A stretch of 64,000 nt of DNA, from positions 22,630,001 through 22,694,000 of the forward strand of contig NW_027361827.1 in NCBI RefSeq assembly GCF_039654945.1. The letters run 5' to 3'. Position 1 is the first letter of the stretch, and every line of letters starts with the position of its first letter. Positions 11,901-23,767 of this stretch are shown one piece after another. The notes under the pieces are model-generated. The model ran no database searches. It saw only the letters and a list, made by a program, of their open reading frames with translations, and was not told the DNA's origin. Source of the DNA: Dendrobates tinctorius. Lineage: Eukaryota. A program made the translations under genes and the position numbers.

Positions 11901-13740
11901 TGGGCCCTGGGAGAGTAAGTTCGGGATATCCGGGAGGACCCACAGATCGGAGATAGACATTCTCCTCAGCCACGATAACCACATCCTCCTTGGCCAAAAG
12001 GGGGCCATTAGTATTACCCTCGCTTTGTCCTCCCGAATCTTCCTCAGAACTGACAGAATTAAGGCTATTGGTGGGAACGCACATGCAAGGGGAAAGTGCC
12101 AGGGGATCATAAAGACGTCCAGAGCTAAGGGGTCCCTGGATGGGTCTATGGAGCAAAATGTTTTCACTTTCCGATTCGTATTGTTGGCGAATAGGTTTAT
12201 GTTGGGTTTTCCCCATAGTTGTGTGATCTGATTGAAAAATTTCTGGTTCAGTTCCCATTCACCCTGTCTCAGCTGTGTGCGACTTAAAAAGTCCGCCATC
12301 ACGTTGTCTGACCCTTTTATGTGTAAGGCCGTTAGTGAGCCTAGGTTCCCCTCTGCCAAGTGGAAAATTGATTTTGTCACGTCCATAAGGGTACGGGATC
12401 TCGTTCCCCCCTGATGATTTAAGTAAGCGACTACCGTGCTGTTTTCGGAGAATACTCTTACGTGGTGGCCTCTGAGGGGTTTTAGAAAAAAACAGGAGGG
12501 CGCGCTTCACCGCTAATAGCTCTTTCATATTCGAGGAGGCTGTCTTTTCGTTTTCTGTCCAGGCTCCTTGTGCTACTTGGTTGTCCCAGTGAGCACCCCA
12601 CCCCCTGGGGCTTGCGTCTGTAGTAAGGATCTGAGAGACCGGTATCACCCAAGGAACCTCCCTGGCTAGGTTGGATGGTTCCGTCCACCACTGTAGAGAG
12701 CAAACTGTTATGAGTGAGATGTTTAACTGCCCTTCTAAATTCCCGTGAAGAGAAATTTCTGCCTCTAGTATCTCCCACTGGAGATCTCTTGTATGAGCTT
12801 GGGCCCACTGGACCGCTGGTAGGCATACAGTCATTGAGCCGAGCAAGGACATGGCCTTCCTGAGTGTCATTAGTGTCCGTGTTATTGCCCCTGTTGCTAG
12901 CTGCTCTATGTGTAGCCATTTCCCTTCGGGGAGGCGGCACTCCTGCCTGATTGAGTCTACGGTTATGCACAAATATTCTTGCACTTGGCTCGGAATTAGC
13001 CGAGATTTCGGCAGGTTCAGCAGCCAACCTAGATTGGACAAAGATTCCATAGTCTGGTTCAGCTGGTTTCTGCAATGGCTCGGGGAGTTGCCCACTACTA
13101 GGAAGTCGTCCGAGAATGGGACTATTAGGGCGTCCTGTTCTCTCAAATGTGCCATAACCTCTGATATGATTTTCGTGAATACTCTTGGGGCGATGGCCAG
13201 CCCGAATGGGAGGGCTTTGAATTGGTAAGGCTTTATTTCTCCCCCTATTGTGACTGCTATTCTGAGAAACCGGCGGTAGTCCGTGTGTATAGGGACGTGA
13301 TAGTACGCGTCTTTTAAGTCGAGTACCGCCATGTAACAAGCTGGAAACAATATCTTTACCGCGGATTTTATTGTCTCCATTTTGAATGGAGGAATCACTA
13401 GATATTTGTTTAACCTTTTCAGGTTTACTATTGTACTGAACGTCCCATCTGGTTTCTTCCGCAAGAAGATAGGGGAATAGAAGCCTTCTCCTTTTTCTTG
13501 GTGGGGAACTTGCTGTAACACTGCTTTCTCCACCAGGGTCTGAATCTCCTGTTGTACTGCAACTTGCTCTACTGTCGACTGCCTCTGTGGGGTCACTACG
13601 AAAGAGGGTTTGGGTATGGTGTGGAATTTTAATTTGAGACCTGGTTTCTATAATGCTTAGTATCCAGGAACTGTCTGATATCTTTTCCCAGGCCGGAAAG
13701 AAGAGGCTCAATCTTCCCCCTACCTGGGAGACACCTTCAT
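11838..13740 (-). pseudogene. DIRS-B ORF2: RT, RNase H, methyltransferase-like domain
   Basis: LDLKDAYYH, LPFGL, FSDD (YLDD mutated), TTDAS..GWG, NLFA, AFPP. Confidence 0.92.
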
Positions 13741-15181
13741 TGGGGTTGCTTCTTGTCAGCCGGTTTCCCGAACATGAACCCCTTCCCCTTGCCTCTTCTA
13801 TCTTCCCACTTGTCCTGGGCGTTTTTAGGCGGCTTCCTCTGGATAAATTTCCTGCTCCGAAAGCGTTTGAAGGGGAAATTGGATGGGTTAGGGAAAGATT
13901 TCTTTTTATCCCCGCTTTCTCGAGTATATCATCCAGTGCAGGCCCGAAGAATTCTCCTTCACGGGATGGAGCACAACTTTATTTTTGTTTGCAGGCCTCC
14001 CGTCCAGCACTTGAGCCATAGAGCCCTTCGTGCTGCGTTCGAGAATGAGGCTGCTCTGGCTGTCAACCTGATTGAGTCCGCGGATGCGTCCGCTAGAAAT
14101 ACCGCTGCTCCTCTCATTAGCGGGACTGAGTCCAGGATTGCTGCCCTTGGCGTTTTGTTCCTTAGTTGGTCACCCAGCTGGTCCAGCCACACCATCAGGG
14201 CTCTGGCTGTGCAAGTGGCAGCTATAGCGGGTTTTAGTCCACCTCCAGCTGCCTCCCAGGCTCCTTTTAGGAATGTATCCGCTTTCTTATCCATAGGGTC
14301 TTTCAACGTTCCCATGTCCTCGAACGGCACAGAGAATTTTTTCGAGGCCTTCGCTATGGCTACGTCCACTTTCGGTGCCTTGTCCCAAAACGAACAACTT
14401 GGCTCCTCAAAGGTGTATTTTCTTTTTGGTGCTAGGAGGCCCTTTTTCTCTGGCCTTTTCCATTCCCTCTGTATAAGCGCCTGGATTTTATCATTCATGG
14501 AAAACGACCTTTTCTTCTGCTCCAATCCGCTAAACATGGCATACTGGATGGTCCTCTTAGGCCTGGTGTCTACTAGGCCCATAGTGGTTCTGATAGCTTT
14601 TATTAAGCTATCCGTCTCTTCTATAGGGAAGCAGCTGAGACCTTCCTCCTCAGACGACGAGGAGCCGGACGACAGGCTGTGTCTGATGAAGAAGAGGGAT
14701 CTCGCTAGGATCTGACTCAGCCTCCTTCCTTTTGGGTTTCTTATGCTTTTTGCTTTTCCCCTGAAGGGTTCTGACGGTGTTCTCTACCTGGTGGGCAATT
14801 AGGGCTCCAAGGTCATCCACGAACCCTGGAGATTCCTTGCATATTGTATGCTCAATGCAGGACTGGCAGAGTCTTTTTTCCCCATACCGTGGGGAGTTCC
14901 TCCTTACAAAGTGGACAAATCTTGTGGTTGGACATCTGTGTGCACTTCTTCCCCGAATCAAACGTGGGCCCCGGATCTGTACGCGGCTTGTCCTTTGGGG
15001 CTCCTGCCCCCCTGGACTCCTTGCTGCGTCGGGACGCCGAACGGCTACTGCTGCCGTGTCGTTGTGACTGCTCCTTCGTTTCCTTCTTCCGGTGCTGCTG
15101 CGGTGACTTCCGTGGTTGCTGCTGGTGTCCTGCGTCTGAAGACATGTCCAGCAGCAGCTGCTCTTCTGGCTCCGTACTCAT
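13741..15181 (-). pseudogene. DIRS-B ORF1 (gag-like, CxxC...CxxC finger), intron-less, frameshifted
   Basis: ORFs 14852..15181, 14650..14961 and 13959..14582; CPLC...CQSC; APKVDVAI. Confidence 0.88.
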
Positions 15182-16214
15182 GGCTCCAGGTGGCAGACCG
15201 CACTATGGCCTCTGTGCGCCTTTAAGCCCCGAGAAGGCAAGTTCCAAAAGGGAAACATTTTTTTTACCCCCTGTATGCGCGCCCTGGTTTGCGACGCCCC
15301 GCCCCCCAGCGTGTGCGCACCACCGTCACTCCCAGTGGTGCCCTGCGCAGACGGCGGCGCCTCCTCCTGCCCTCAGGCGCGTGAGTGTCGCCGCCCCGCC
15401 CATGCGCACCACCGCCGGCACTCCCAGAGGTGCATTGCGCGGTCGGTGGCGTCTCCTCCTGCCGCCCCCTCCCGCGCGTGTGCACCCCCGCCGGCCTTCC
15501 CAGAGGTGCCTTGCGCGGGCGGCGGAGTTCCCGGCCTGACGGCCTCTTCCGCCCTGCGCGAGCACCCCCGCCAGCGGTGTCCTGTGCGGTGGCAGCATCT
15601 CCCCTGGCTGCTGGTGCGCATGGGGATACCTGCGCCCGCTGGCGCACTCCCACCCCGGTACCTGCCCAGGGCCTGCTTCCGGCCGCCATGGAAGGACGCC
15701 ATCCCGAGGGAGGACGGATCTTCCTGCTGCCGTCTCTCCCTCTCGCACAGCCTGGAGGCCCGCTGACTCCAGCGGTGGCGCCTCGGCAACCGCCCCAGCT
15801 GGGACAGGGGGCTCCTGCTGCCATCCACCAGACTGGTCGGCCCCGGCATCCGGTAAGTCTGTAGGTTCCCTTGTGGGGACAGGAAACCAACTGATGCGGG
15901 AGAGAGGTACCGCCTTTTTATCGGTAGGTTTCCTGTCCCCGTGGGGAGGATCTCCCCTCCCTCCGTGGTGCCATCATGGGGAAGGAGAAAATGGGGTATA
16001 TCGTCTGGGCATTTGCTGGTGGAGAGAGGTGATCTTTACACCCGTAGCATCAGAAGTTATCATATCTAGCTTAGTCCTAAAAAGGCATAGGCCCTGAAAG
16101 AAAAGACTGGTGAGGGACTTTTTAGAAGCAGAATCCTCATTCCTCACTTTTAGCCATAGGATCCTATGAATGGCCATGATGTTGCTGGATACTATTGTTC
16201 AACAACTGGCAGCA

Positions 16215-16363
16215 TCTAGAGAAGCAGAGAGAAGTTATTTCACTGCATCGGCGATCTGGTCTGCCAGATCAGCTAACTCTTCAGGCAAAGGGCCTGAAGA
16301 GTTAGCTGATCTGGCAGACCAGATCGCCGATGCAGTGAAATAGCTTCTCTCTGCTTCTCTAGA
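16215..16363. repeat. 72-bp fold-back inverted duplication of DIRS gag sequence
   Basis: Arms 16215-16286 and 16292-16363, one mismatch, 5-nt loop. Confidence 0.95.
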
Positions 16364-16530
16364 ACCATTTCATTCAAAGCTACAACTCGTAGTCCTCATA
16401 TGGCTTGATAATAAATTAGAAAAGTTATGGCTCTTAGAATAAGAGGACAAAAATGAAAAGAGCAAAAAAAAAAAACATTCAATGGTCCTTAAATGGTTAA
16501 ATAACCCATATACCCATGAGTGCAGTGTAC

Positions 16531-16648
16531 CTGTATTCAAAGTGAAGACTGGAATAGCGAGCCATCAGCGATTCATAGGTCTCCCTAAGGCGTCCTACAT
16601 TCCTAGATAACTCTCGGCGCTTTTCCAGAAGCTTCTCCTCTTTTCCAT
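16531..16648 (-). CDS. SMC2: SMC2 exon (DGKEEKLLEKRRELSRNVGRLRETYESLMARYSSLHFEY), 118 nt
   Basis: Colinear with SMC2; tag| and |gtacac; phase 1/2 fits both neighbours. Confidence 0.95.
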
Positions 16649-16703
16649 CTAAAAGAACAGATTGAAGTTAAATTCTTACACAACTTTCAAAAATAATGAT
16701 TAA

Positions 16704-18014
16704 AGTGGTTGTCCACTACTAGGACAACCCCTTCTTGAACTAAATGTTTGACCATGATAAAATAAAAAAACCTTATATACGACTGTAAGGTAAATTATAA
16801 TGTCAATAGAACTGGCTAATATGCATCCACATATTGCCTCCACACAAAGCATCTAGCATCTGCTTGCTTTTATGCTGGACTTCGGACCACAGGGGGAACC
16901 TCCTGGGAGCATGTAGTGGTGTCAAACAAGGGAGCTTCAACAGCGCTAGCAGATGGTTGTAACTAGAAGACATATTTCATAATGTCTGTGTACAGAGGGG
17001 AAGGGAGGGAGGAAGACACAGGGTGTTTGAAAAGCGACAACTTGGCTCATCGTCCATTCATAGACAGCAACCTTTGAATGGGCCAATCAGAGTTATCCTG
17101 GAAACATGAACCCCTTAGTCCGGACTATAAAACGCTGGGTAATACAAAGAGGAATGGATCACATGTGGGGGCTGCCAAAAGGCTGAAGAGATCCATGATG
17201 ATCCATGATTTACTTCTCCTCTCCTCAGAAAAACATATGATAACTGTAGACAGAAATGTTTCGGCATTTCTGTTATTTCTCCCTTTTTATTTTAAAAGTG
17301 TTTTGCATATTTGTGTGTATTTTTACCTTTTTATATATTTATTGTAAGCACTGTATATTTTATTACTGAAGCTTAAAATCTTTAATATGTTAAAATAATC
17401 CAATAGCCTTTCAGCGAGAGTGTGACCTTTTGATTGTCTGATAAGTAACAACTTGGGGACTCCTCACCTCGTGTGTTTCACGAGTGGCGGTAGCGAGTTA
17501 AGAAATTTGGGTGTGCTGTATGTGTCACTTTATAGCCTAAAATGGAGGTTGCGAGCTGGATTGAGTGAGGAGATAAATTAATCTGTGCAGGCACATTCCA
17601 CGTCACGGATGAGAAGTGTATACATGACAAACATAAGTGTTCTCCCGTGCTAGCACTGTTCCAGCAGCACAGACACTTACGGTCCCAACGCTCTGGTGCG
17701 GTGGAATGACACATGGTGGCCGGCGCCAATTCAGTGCTGGCATCACTGTCCTCGCCTTCGGATTGAACATGAAGAGGAAATATGATCTCTGACTTCCTCT
17801 TCATGTTCAATCCGTATGAAGGCAGCGACAGTGACGACAGCGCTGATTGGGCACCGGCCACCACATGCGATTCCACCACATTAGAGCTCCGTGACTGCGA
17901 GTGCCGACATGGCTGGAATGATGTCGGCATGGGAGGAGAGTATAGATTTTTTTATTTTAATCAGAGCCAAATATTTAGCTCAAAAAGGAGTTGTCCTAGT
18001 AGTGAACAATCCCT
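16704..18014. mobile_element. T2/Kolobok-like MITE with nested insertion
   Basis: TTAA on both flanks; TIRs agtggttgtccactact / agtagtgaacaatccct. Confidence 0.8.
16784..17533 (+). mobile_element. Possible solo LTR nested in the T2-like MITE
   Basis: Begins tgtaagg, internal ctataaaa, ends tcactttata (imperfect inverted ends); no clean TSD. Confidence 0.4.
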
Positions 18015-18061
18015 TTAATCATAAAAACTATATGTCACGTGAATGAAACAGAAAATCATAC

Positions 18062-18221
18062 CTTCATAGTTAAGTTTCTGCATTTCCACTTCAAGCTTCT
18101 CCTTGTTTTTCTTAACGGCTTCAAATGTCTCATTGTCTTTCTTGTAACCACTGTCCATCGCCTTTACCTCGGCCTGCTTGGTTTTTAATTCCTGCTGTGC
18201 ATGCTTCAGTTTCATTTGAGC
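18062..18221 (-). CDS. SMC2: SMC2 exon ([20 protein letters not shown]...MQKLNYE), 160 nt
   Basis: Overlaps ORF 18015..18215; cag| and |gtatga; phase 0/1. Confidence 0.97.
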
Positions 18222-18397
18222 CTGAAAAACAAAATTTATGCCACATATTTATTCTAACTCTTGGGTTAACAGTTATAGCTAGTGAATTTCCATCTTTCAA
18301 TGATTTACCTTTTTCATATTGGAATATGCACATTGTAGATTCAGACTAAAGGTGTTAAACCTTAGATTCCTCAAACTAGCCTGCAGTGACAGCTTAA

Positions 18398-18817
18398 GGC
18401 CTCGCTCACACAAGCGATAATATGGCCAAGTGCTATCCGATGTTTATTTTGCATAGCATTAGGCCCAGTGTTATACTATTGGGCAGTGCAGATCAGCGAT
18501 CCGGAATGAAAAAAACAAATTCAGCATGCTGCGACTGGTAGCGAGACTTGGCTCACACGCACCCGTACAAGTCTATAGGTGCGTGTGAAATATGTGACGG
18601 AACCCTGATGTCATCCCAGTGCAGTCCAACATACGCCAAGACAGGCAATGGAGGAGATGGAGAAATTACTTTCTCCGTCTTTTCTGCACCTGAGATTCTC
18701 TCATGTGAGAGGATCGGAGCACAGGGCACTGAAACACTGCTCACGCTCGCATTAGAGTTTGAGCCGAGTGTCATTAGCATATCACATCCAATGCTATACG
18801 CTAGTTTGATTCCAGCC
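18398..18817. mobile_element. PIF/Harbinger-like MITE
   Basis: taa|ggcc...agcc|tta with degenerate terminal inverted repeats. Confidence 0.65.
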
Positions 18818-20007
18818 TTATATGCAGCTTCATTAGGTAGTCACTTGGAATGGTTTTCCATCAGTCTTAAGGACTTCTGAAAGTTGCTTATCACTTGGAT
18901 TCTTTGCTATCGAACTCATCCCAAACCATCTCAATTGGGATGAACTTAGGCGATTGTGGAGGCCATGTCATCTGATGTAGCGCTCCATCCCCATCTTTCT
19001 TGGTCACATAGCCTGGAGATGTGTTTCTGGTCAATGTTCTGTCTCTATAGAAATGATGGTCCTACAAACGAGATGGAATGGATGTCGTTGAAGAATGCTG
19101 CAGTAGCCATGTCAGGCAACTCCTTCTTGAATTTTGAATAAAACACTAACAATCTCACCAGAAAATAACCCCCACGCCATCACACCTCATCCCCCAAGCT
19201 TCACAGTGGGCACCACACATATAGAAACCATCTGCACACATTTTCTGCATCTCCGAAAGACAAAAGAAGTTACCAAAAAGCTAACATTTTGATTCATCAG
19301 ACCACATACAGATTTCCACTCATCGAATATCTAGTCCTTGTGTAGCTTGGTCAAAGGAAATCTCTTTGTTTGCAGTTCTCATTTATGGATTATTTGCAAT
19401 AATGAGGCCATTATGATCAAATTACTGCAGTCTCCTCTGACTAGTTGATATTGAGATGCGTCTGCTACTTGATTATTGTGCATCATTTATTTGAGCTGTC
19501 AACTTGCAGTTTGAGGCTGGAAACAATGAACATATCCTTTACAGCAGAGTTAATGAAGTAATATTGATCTTTTCTTCCTGGGGCGGTTCTCTGTTTCATC
19601 ATAGCAGTAGATATTTTTCCATAACTGCACTCTTTACTTTGCTGAGTGGTTATTGCCATATTCTGGCTTAGAACAGTTGTGGTATAGGGGTTCAGCTCTG
19701 TATAGAACTGTGTGCCAACAATGTCTCTGCCAAACACAACTGATGGTCTCAAACTGAAGACCATTTCCATAAATGAACTCTTGACGAGGCATACCTGCTT
19801 ATCAGTAGCCATACTAGGCAATTATCTAATGAAGCTGCTTTAGAGAATGCCAAGGAGGGTGTAAAGCGGTCATCAGGAAATTAAAAAATAAAATAAGAAG
19901 GGGCACTTTGAGGAATCTAAAATGTAACAAAGCTTTTTGTTTGTTTGTTTCCATGTGTCTTTACTTTATGTTGCAATATGTGTTCCTTTGTGGTTTTGCT
20001 GCATTAA

Positions 20008-21699
20008 GGCTAGTTTCACACTTGCTTTTTTTTGCAGCACGTTTTTCCCGCAAAAAAACGCATTGAAAAAACGCATACAAAAGCATACAACTGCTGCGTT
20101 TTTTTCAAGCATTTTTATGAGCATGCATGAAAAAAAACGCAGCGTTTTTATGCGTTTGTATGCGTTTTTAGTGCGTTTTTACCGCATTTGCGTTTTTTTC
20201 CAACATTAGGTGGCCCCTCACACTAACCCAAACCATGACTTTACTAACCCTGACCCTAACCCTTAACCCTAACCCTGACCCTAACCCTTAACCAAACCAT
20301 ACTTAACCCTAACCCAAACCCTAAACCCTAACTAACCCTAACCCTGACCTTAACCCTGACCCTAACCCTAACCCTGACCCTGACCCTAACCCTGACCCTT
20401 AACCAAACCATACTTAACCCTAACCCAAACCCTAACTAACCTTAACCCTAACCCTGACCCTAACCCTTAACCAAACCATACTTAACCCTAACCCAAACCC
20501 TAACTAACCCTAACCCTGACCTTAACCCTGACCCTAACCCTGACCCTAACCCTGACCCTAACCCTTAACCAAACCATACTTAACCCTAACCCAAACCATA
20601 ACTAACCTTAACCCTAACCCTGACCCTAACCCTTAACCAAACCATACTTAACCCTNNNNNNNNNNNNNNNNNNNNNNNNNNNNNNNNNNNNNNNNNNNNN
20701 NNNNNNNNNNNNNNNNNNNNNNNNNNNNNNNNNNNNNNNNNNNNNNNNNNNNNNNNNNNNNNNNNNNNNNNNNNNNNNNNNNNNNNNNNNNNNNNNNNNN
20801 NNNNNNNNNNNNNNNNNNNNNNNNNTTAACCCTAACCCAAACCCTAACTAACCTTAACCCTGACCCTAACCCTGACCCTAACCCTTAACCAAACCATACT
20901 TAACCCTNNNNNNNNNNNNNNNNNNNNNNNNNNNNNNNNNNNNNNNNNNNNNNNNNNNNNNNNNNNNNNNNNNNNNNNNNNNNNNNNNNNNNNNNNNNNN
21001 NNNNNNNNNNNNNNNNNNNNNNNNNNNNNNNNNNNNNNNNNNNNNNNNNNNNNNNNNNNNCCTAACCCAAACCCTAACTAACCTTAACCCTGACCCTAAC
21101 CCTGACCCTAACCCTTAACCAAACCATACTTAACCCTNNNNNNNNNNNNNNNNNNNNNNNNNNNNNNNNNNNNNNNNNNNNNNNNNNNNNNNNNNNNNNN
21201 NNNNNNNNNNNNNNNNNNNNNNNNNNNNNNNNNNNNNNNNNNNNNNNNNNNNNNNNNNNNNNNNNNNNNNNNNNNNNNNNNNNNNNNNNNNNNNNNNNNN
21301 NNNNNNNNNNNNNNNNNNNNNNNNNNNNNNNNNNNNNNNNNNNCCCTAACTCTAACCCAAACCCCTAAATTCCATGGTTAACAAAAAAAACGCATGTGCA
21401 AAAAAACGCATACATGAGCATGCCAGTGCGCACGTATGCGCATCCATAGGCTATAATGGCCATTTTTAGCGCAAAACGTGCGCATACGTGCGCATGCGCT
21501 TTTTTGCAGGGCCAAAAAATGCAACATGCTGCGTCTGGAAAATACAAACGCACACCCCAAAAAAACGCAGCGCATGAAAATCGCATACGTGCGCTTACCA
21601 GCGCGCAGGTATGCGCACCCATGTTAAATATAGGGGAAAAACGCATGCGCACGTATGCGTTTTTTTCCAGCGCAAAAAAACGCAAATGTGAAACCAGCC
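20008..21699. mobile_element. Harbinger-like MITE enclosing a telomere-like array
   Basis: taa|ggctagtttcacacttgc ... gcaaatgtgaaaccagcc|taa; subterminal aaaacgca repeats. Confidence 0.85.
20223..21368. repeat. Interstitial telomere-like array (CCCTAA/CCCTGA variants) with higher-order unit; three assembly gaps
   Basis: Repeated block cccttaaccaaaccatacttaaccctaacccaaaccctaactaacc... Confidence 0.95.
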
Positions 21700-22269
21700 T
21701 AAGTCAGAATCTACAACGTGCACATTCCAATAAGAACAAGGTAAACACTGCGTGAACTGGGGTGTTCAAACTTTTGATCAGTACTGTGTAACTAAGTTTA
21801 TAGAATATGAATTTCATTCTCAATCCGCAATTGTTATTTAACTGAAAAATATATATAGTGCCCTTGAGAAAGAATTATGAAAGACTGCGTCATTGGTAAT
21901 ATGCACTCGGCAAAGCGGCGTACAGCAAAATAAAATAAAAAGTGATAAACTAATGTGAGTTAATAACTTCCAAAACTATATAAAAAAGGACATTAAGAAG
22001 TATTGTAATCAGCCGTTAGATGCGGCCCCGGCAATGTTTTTGCCTTAACATGTTTCTTCCAGGTGTCCTTAAGTTATATACAGCTCAGTGTAAAAGCCCA
22101 CGTCTTACACACGTTCTGCCTTATTTTGTCTTCTCCTGATAGTATGACAAAAGTGGAATGAAAATTCTCAAACATTTTAGGTCATAATCTTCCAGATTTT
22201 AAGCCATAACACAAGCCATGCTTGTAGGAAAAATAAAAAATTACATAATAGCACCTCTACGAAACGTAC

Positions 22270-22503
22270 CTGCTTGGCCTCGGTTTCTGCTTTGCTGATG
22301 TCATTCTTGCAAGTCATCATCTGTCCCGCTAGCGTAGCCTCCTCTCCATCCTCATTGCTGGACAGCCCTGCAGACACTGCATTGAAATGTTGCTGTGCAG
22401 CAGTGAAGGCCTCTGTATCCTTTTGACTGGTCTCTTGCAGGGCGCTAAAGCTGTCTGTAATCTTCTTAATTTCCTTCTCCTTGTTTGTTAAAGCCTTGGC
22501 ATC
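22270..22503 (-). CDS. SMC2: SMC2 exon ([11 protein letters not shown]...[43 protein letters not shown]), 234 nt
   Basis: Diagnostic [12 protein letters not shown] motif; aag| and |gtacgt; preceded by a 77-nt intron. Confidence 0.97.
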
Positions 22504-22580
22504 CTTTAAAAGAGCAGATAAACCATGATGACTCTATAATAGACTCAGATCAGGTGCATATTTTTTTCCCACCATCACAC

Positions 22581-22730
22581 CTCTTCCATGCTTTTGACCA
22601 CTTCTTTGCGTTTCTTCTCTTCACTTTTCAAGTTTTGTTTCTTCAGATCCAGGGCACTTTGTGCTTTAGTGTCAGCTCTTTGAGCTTCAACAAGGCCTTC
22701 CTCTAGTGTACGCAGGGCGCCGCCAACTTC
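22581..22730 (-). CDS. SMC2: SMC2 exon ([50 protein letters not shown]), 150 nt
   Basis: Translation is colinear with SMC2; aag| and |gtgtga; phase 0/0. Confidence 0.95.
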
Positions 22731-23767
22731 CTTGAACATAAAGCATCATAGGTTTGGTCATAGATAAAATTAAATCCATGAAACATCTCCAAGGAAGGGG
22801 CATTCACCCCCCCTCCACCTCACACAGATCATCAGAGACAAAGCTGACACTTTGGACACATGGGGAAGAGGAAGCCAGTTATAGCAATGGGAGAAAAACT
22901 CATTAAATGACCTCTTTGAAGCAGATGGCCCACATAGCGTACAGGTCATCGACAACTCCACAATAACCCAAGAAAGATTATTAGCTGCCACAACCAATCG
23001 TTTACAGAGCAAAAGGAACAGAGCTACTGCATTTTTCATATTTAATCCTAAAAGATGAGCAGCATATGTACACACAGTGAGTTGGAGTCGCATGTATATA
23101 TACACACAAACACACAATATGCTGACTATGAGTTCCCTAATAATCAGCCTGGTAGTGGAAACAGCCGCAGCCTCCTCCGTTAATCGGTCAACTGCGTAAT
23201 TGTCCTGATGATAGGGGGCAGCAGAGGGCTGTTCGTGACAAAAAGGCAACAGCGGGGTGGTTCAGAGCGACCCAGCTGTGTATCCTTGACAGGTTTACAA
23301 AGGAATAAGGTCGTTTACCTTATTTCTAACAGTTTACGTATAGCAAAATAAACCATAGATAAAACTATGTAGGTAGTGTGAGATCTTCTGTCCTGATAGC
23401 AAGCGTATCAGTGTGGTTCTCCCCTCCATGTACATAAACTTGGATTTTACTATTTAATTTGGAGGGGAAACAACTCAGAACGTCCTACAATACGTGCCGA
23501 TGACAGTTGTCTGCAACACAGTATATTCTACAGGTAATACATCTGTATACACAATAGTCAGTGCATCAAAAGAAGGATATAGTAAATATCAACTAAAACA
23601 GGCTTTTCTCCCTCATGTCTGGTGTAAGGCAGTGACCCCTGTTACAGCTAGGGGGCGCTGTATGTGCTCCTATGGATATACATGTAGGCGTCTCCATGAT
23701 TGTGATGGGGAAACAGTGAACGGCATGGTTGTAAATGGCCGGTATGTATCACAGAGATGGGTGGCCC

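Larger units (their letters stand above)
10433..15990 (-). mobile_element. Full-length DIRS copy B (ITRs, ICR, gag, RT-RNase H-MT, tyrosine recombinase)
   Basis: ITRs at about 10470-10565 and 15870-15990; the ICR at 10725-10810 is complementary to both termini; all domains present with frameshifts. Confidence 0.96.
7710..16286 (-). mobile_element. Older decayed DIRS host element, split by three later insertions; pieces 7710-8373, 8563-8704, 9744-10430, 15991-16286
   Basis: Colinear gag end (SKKSLTSL..QG..LF..KLDMI), RT (SNLFVVPKKEG; IQDAY; LRFAI..HYQF) and RNase H (INLLEIRAI; TVAYISHQGGT) across the insertions. Confidence 0.85.
18836..21786 (-). mobile_element. Decayed Tc1-like element interrupted by the MITE at 20008-21699
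   Basis: Degenerate transposase on the minus strand (WKSVWSDESN-like near 19290-19320); terminal caaacttttgatcagtactg resembles the end of the Tc1 at 49833. Confidence 0.7.

Noticed and set aside
13753-14715. 320-aa plus-strand ORF antisense to DIRS-B gag
   Set aside because: The homologous frame in copy F is fragmented and has no recognisable motif; treated as a shadow ORF.
14844-15890. Cluster of long Arg/Pro/Gly-rich ORFs on both strands
   Set aside because: They lie in the GC-rich leader and ORF1 start of DIRS-B, show no recognisable protein, and few stops are expected at this GC content.
20223-21368. True telomere or chromosome-fusion scar
   Set aside because: Single orientation, variant-rich, enclosed by MITE TIRs, with SMC2 exons continuing in phase on both sides.
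22770-23249. 159-aa ORF, possibly an extra exon or a Ngaro-like RNase H relic
   Set aside because: The flanking SMC2 exons join without it, and the resemblance to retroelement RNase H is too weak to call.
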